Below are positions 63,463 through 64,000 of a DNA stretch of 64,000 nucleotides, one piece after another (the first letter of the stretch is position 1; every line of letters starts with the position of its first letter). The DNA comes from Perkinsela sp. CCAP 1560/9. Its lineage: Eukaryota; Protista; Euglenozoa: Kinetoplastea. The position numbers and the translations under genes were made by a program. The stretch lies in NCBI GenBank assembly GCA_965644495.1, contig CBFFSA010000003.1:434001-498000 (forward strand), in the 5' to 3' direction. Below the pieces are notes generated by a model. It made no database searches. It saw nothing but the letters and a program-made list of their open reading frames with translations, and was not told the origin of the DNA.

Positions 63463-64000
63463 ATGGCACAACATGCGGAGACCCCCCTTGACCGCTTATC
63501 GGACACCACATGGTACGATCGTGAAGATGACACCGTTCTCGAATCCGTTACCGTCCATGAGACCCACCCCTCCTTAGATCATCACTACAAAACACGAGAA
63601 CAGAACGTCCTCCAGTCCTTACGTACCTCACGCGACCCCTTTCCCCGCGACCCCTTTCCCCGGGTCTCTCTCCCCCATGAGGCATCGACCCGATTGACCA
63701 CTCCTTCGCAACCTCCAAACCCCTTTCACCCCGTGGTGGAGACCGAGGAGGACACGCCTGTGGTGCTGACCGCGAAACCGGAGGCCTGGTCCCCCCCGTT
63801 TATGCGTCTCCCGCACGCTGGCGCCCCCCAGGACCCGGACACCCCCGAGGCGCCCCAACCCGTGTCTCTCTTTCGAGACCCCCGCAGTGCGCTCGCGCTC
63901 TCCGCGCTGAACGGGTCCGAGAGCTTACGCGGCTACCGGCAGCTCCAGCAGCGGCTGCGGCAAACCCGTGAGTTACGGGAGATGGACCCGCGAGGGGGCA
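63463..64000 (+). CDS. 5' part of a probable PRP16/DHX38 spliceosomal DEAH helicase (runs off window; absent from the ORF track)
   Basis: Frame open from ATG 63463 to the end: 'TTWYDREDD', 'PPFMRL...QPVSLFRDPRSALALSALNGSESLRGYRQ' parallels PRP16 'PPFL...EPV..VKD.TSDLA..ARKGS..VR..RE'. Confidence 0.65.
   Translation, partial: MAQHAETPLDRLSDTTWYDREDDTVLESVTVHETHPSLDHHYKTREQNVLQSLRTSRDPFPRDPFPRVSLPHEASTRLTTPSQPPNPFHPVVETEEDTPVVLTAKPEAWSPPFMRLPHAGAPQDPDTPEAPQPVSLFRDPRSALALSALNGSESLRGYRQLQQRLRQTRELREMDPRGG

Noticed and set aside
63194-63577. 127-aa ORF in the track
   Set aside because: Non-ATG start in an AT-rich spacer; overlaps the better PRP16-like frame starting at 63463.

Overview
Eukaryotic, intron-free, gene-dense DNA in which about 29 host genes all lie on the + strand, many preceded by polypyrimidine tract + AG. 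This is the layout of a kinetoplastid polycistronic unit. Kinetoplastid/euglenozoan markers support this: cytochrome c1 has the single-cysteine FAPCH heme motif, and PPDK ends in the PTS1 signal SKL. Short intergenic spacers, very divergent proteins and the LRR family suggest a Perkinsela-like prokinetoplastid (inference). Recognisable genes: CID protein, WD40, AFG1, PABP, DnaJ, Timeless-like, SLBP-like, PPDK, HELQ/POLQ helicase, a non-canonical nucleotidyltransferase, 5'-nucleotidase, cyt c1, eIF2B-gamma-like, Pol epsilon, LRR, and a run of splicing/EJC genes (eIF4AIII, SmD1, CDC5, Mago, probable PRP16). A ~9 kb mobile-element island (~47.3-56.3 kb) interrupts the unit. It holds a 5'-truncated CRE/SLACS-type retrotransposon that starts exactly behind a spliced-leader-like 36-mer, and two TAAACC-ended MITE-like elements. 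It also holds a 3.4 kb TIR element with a PIF/Harbinger(IS5)-type transposase plus an unrecognisable partner ORF; these are the only credible minus-strand genes, and they carry cis-intron-like signals. All family calls come from motif recognition by eye; no searches were run.
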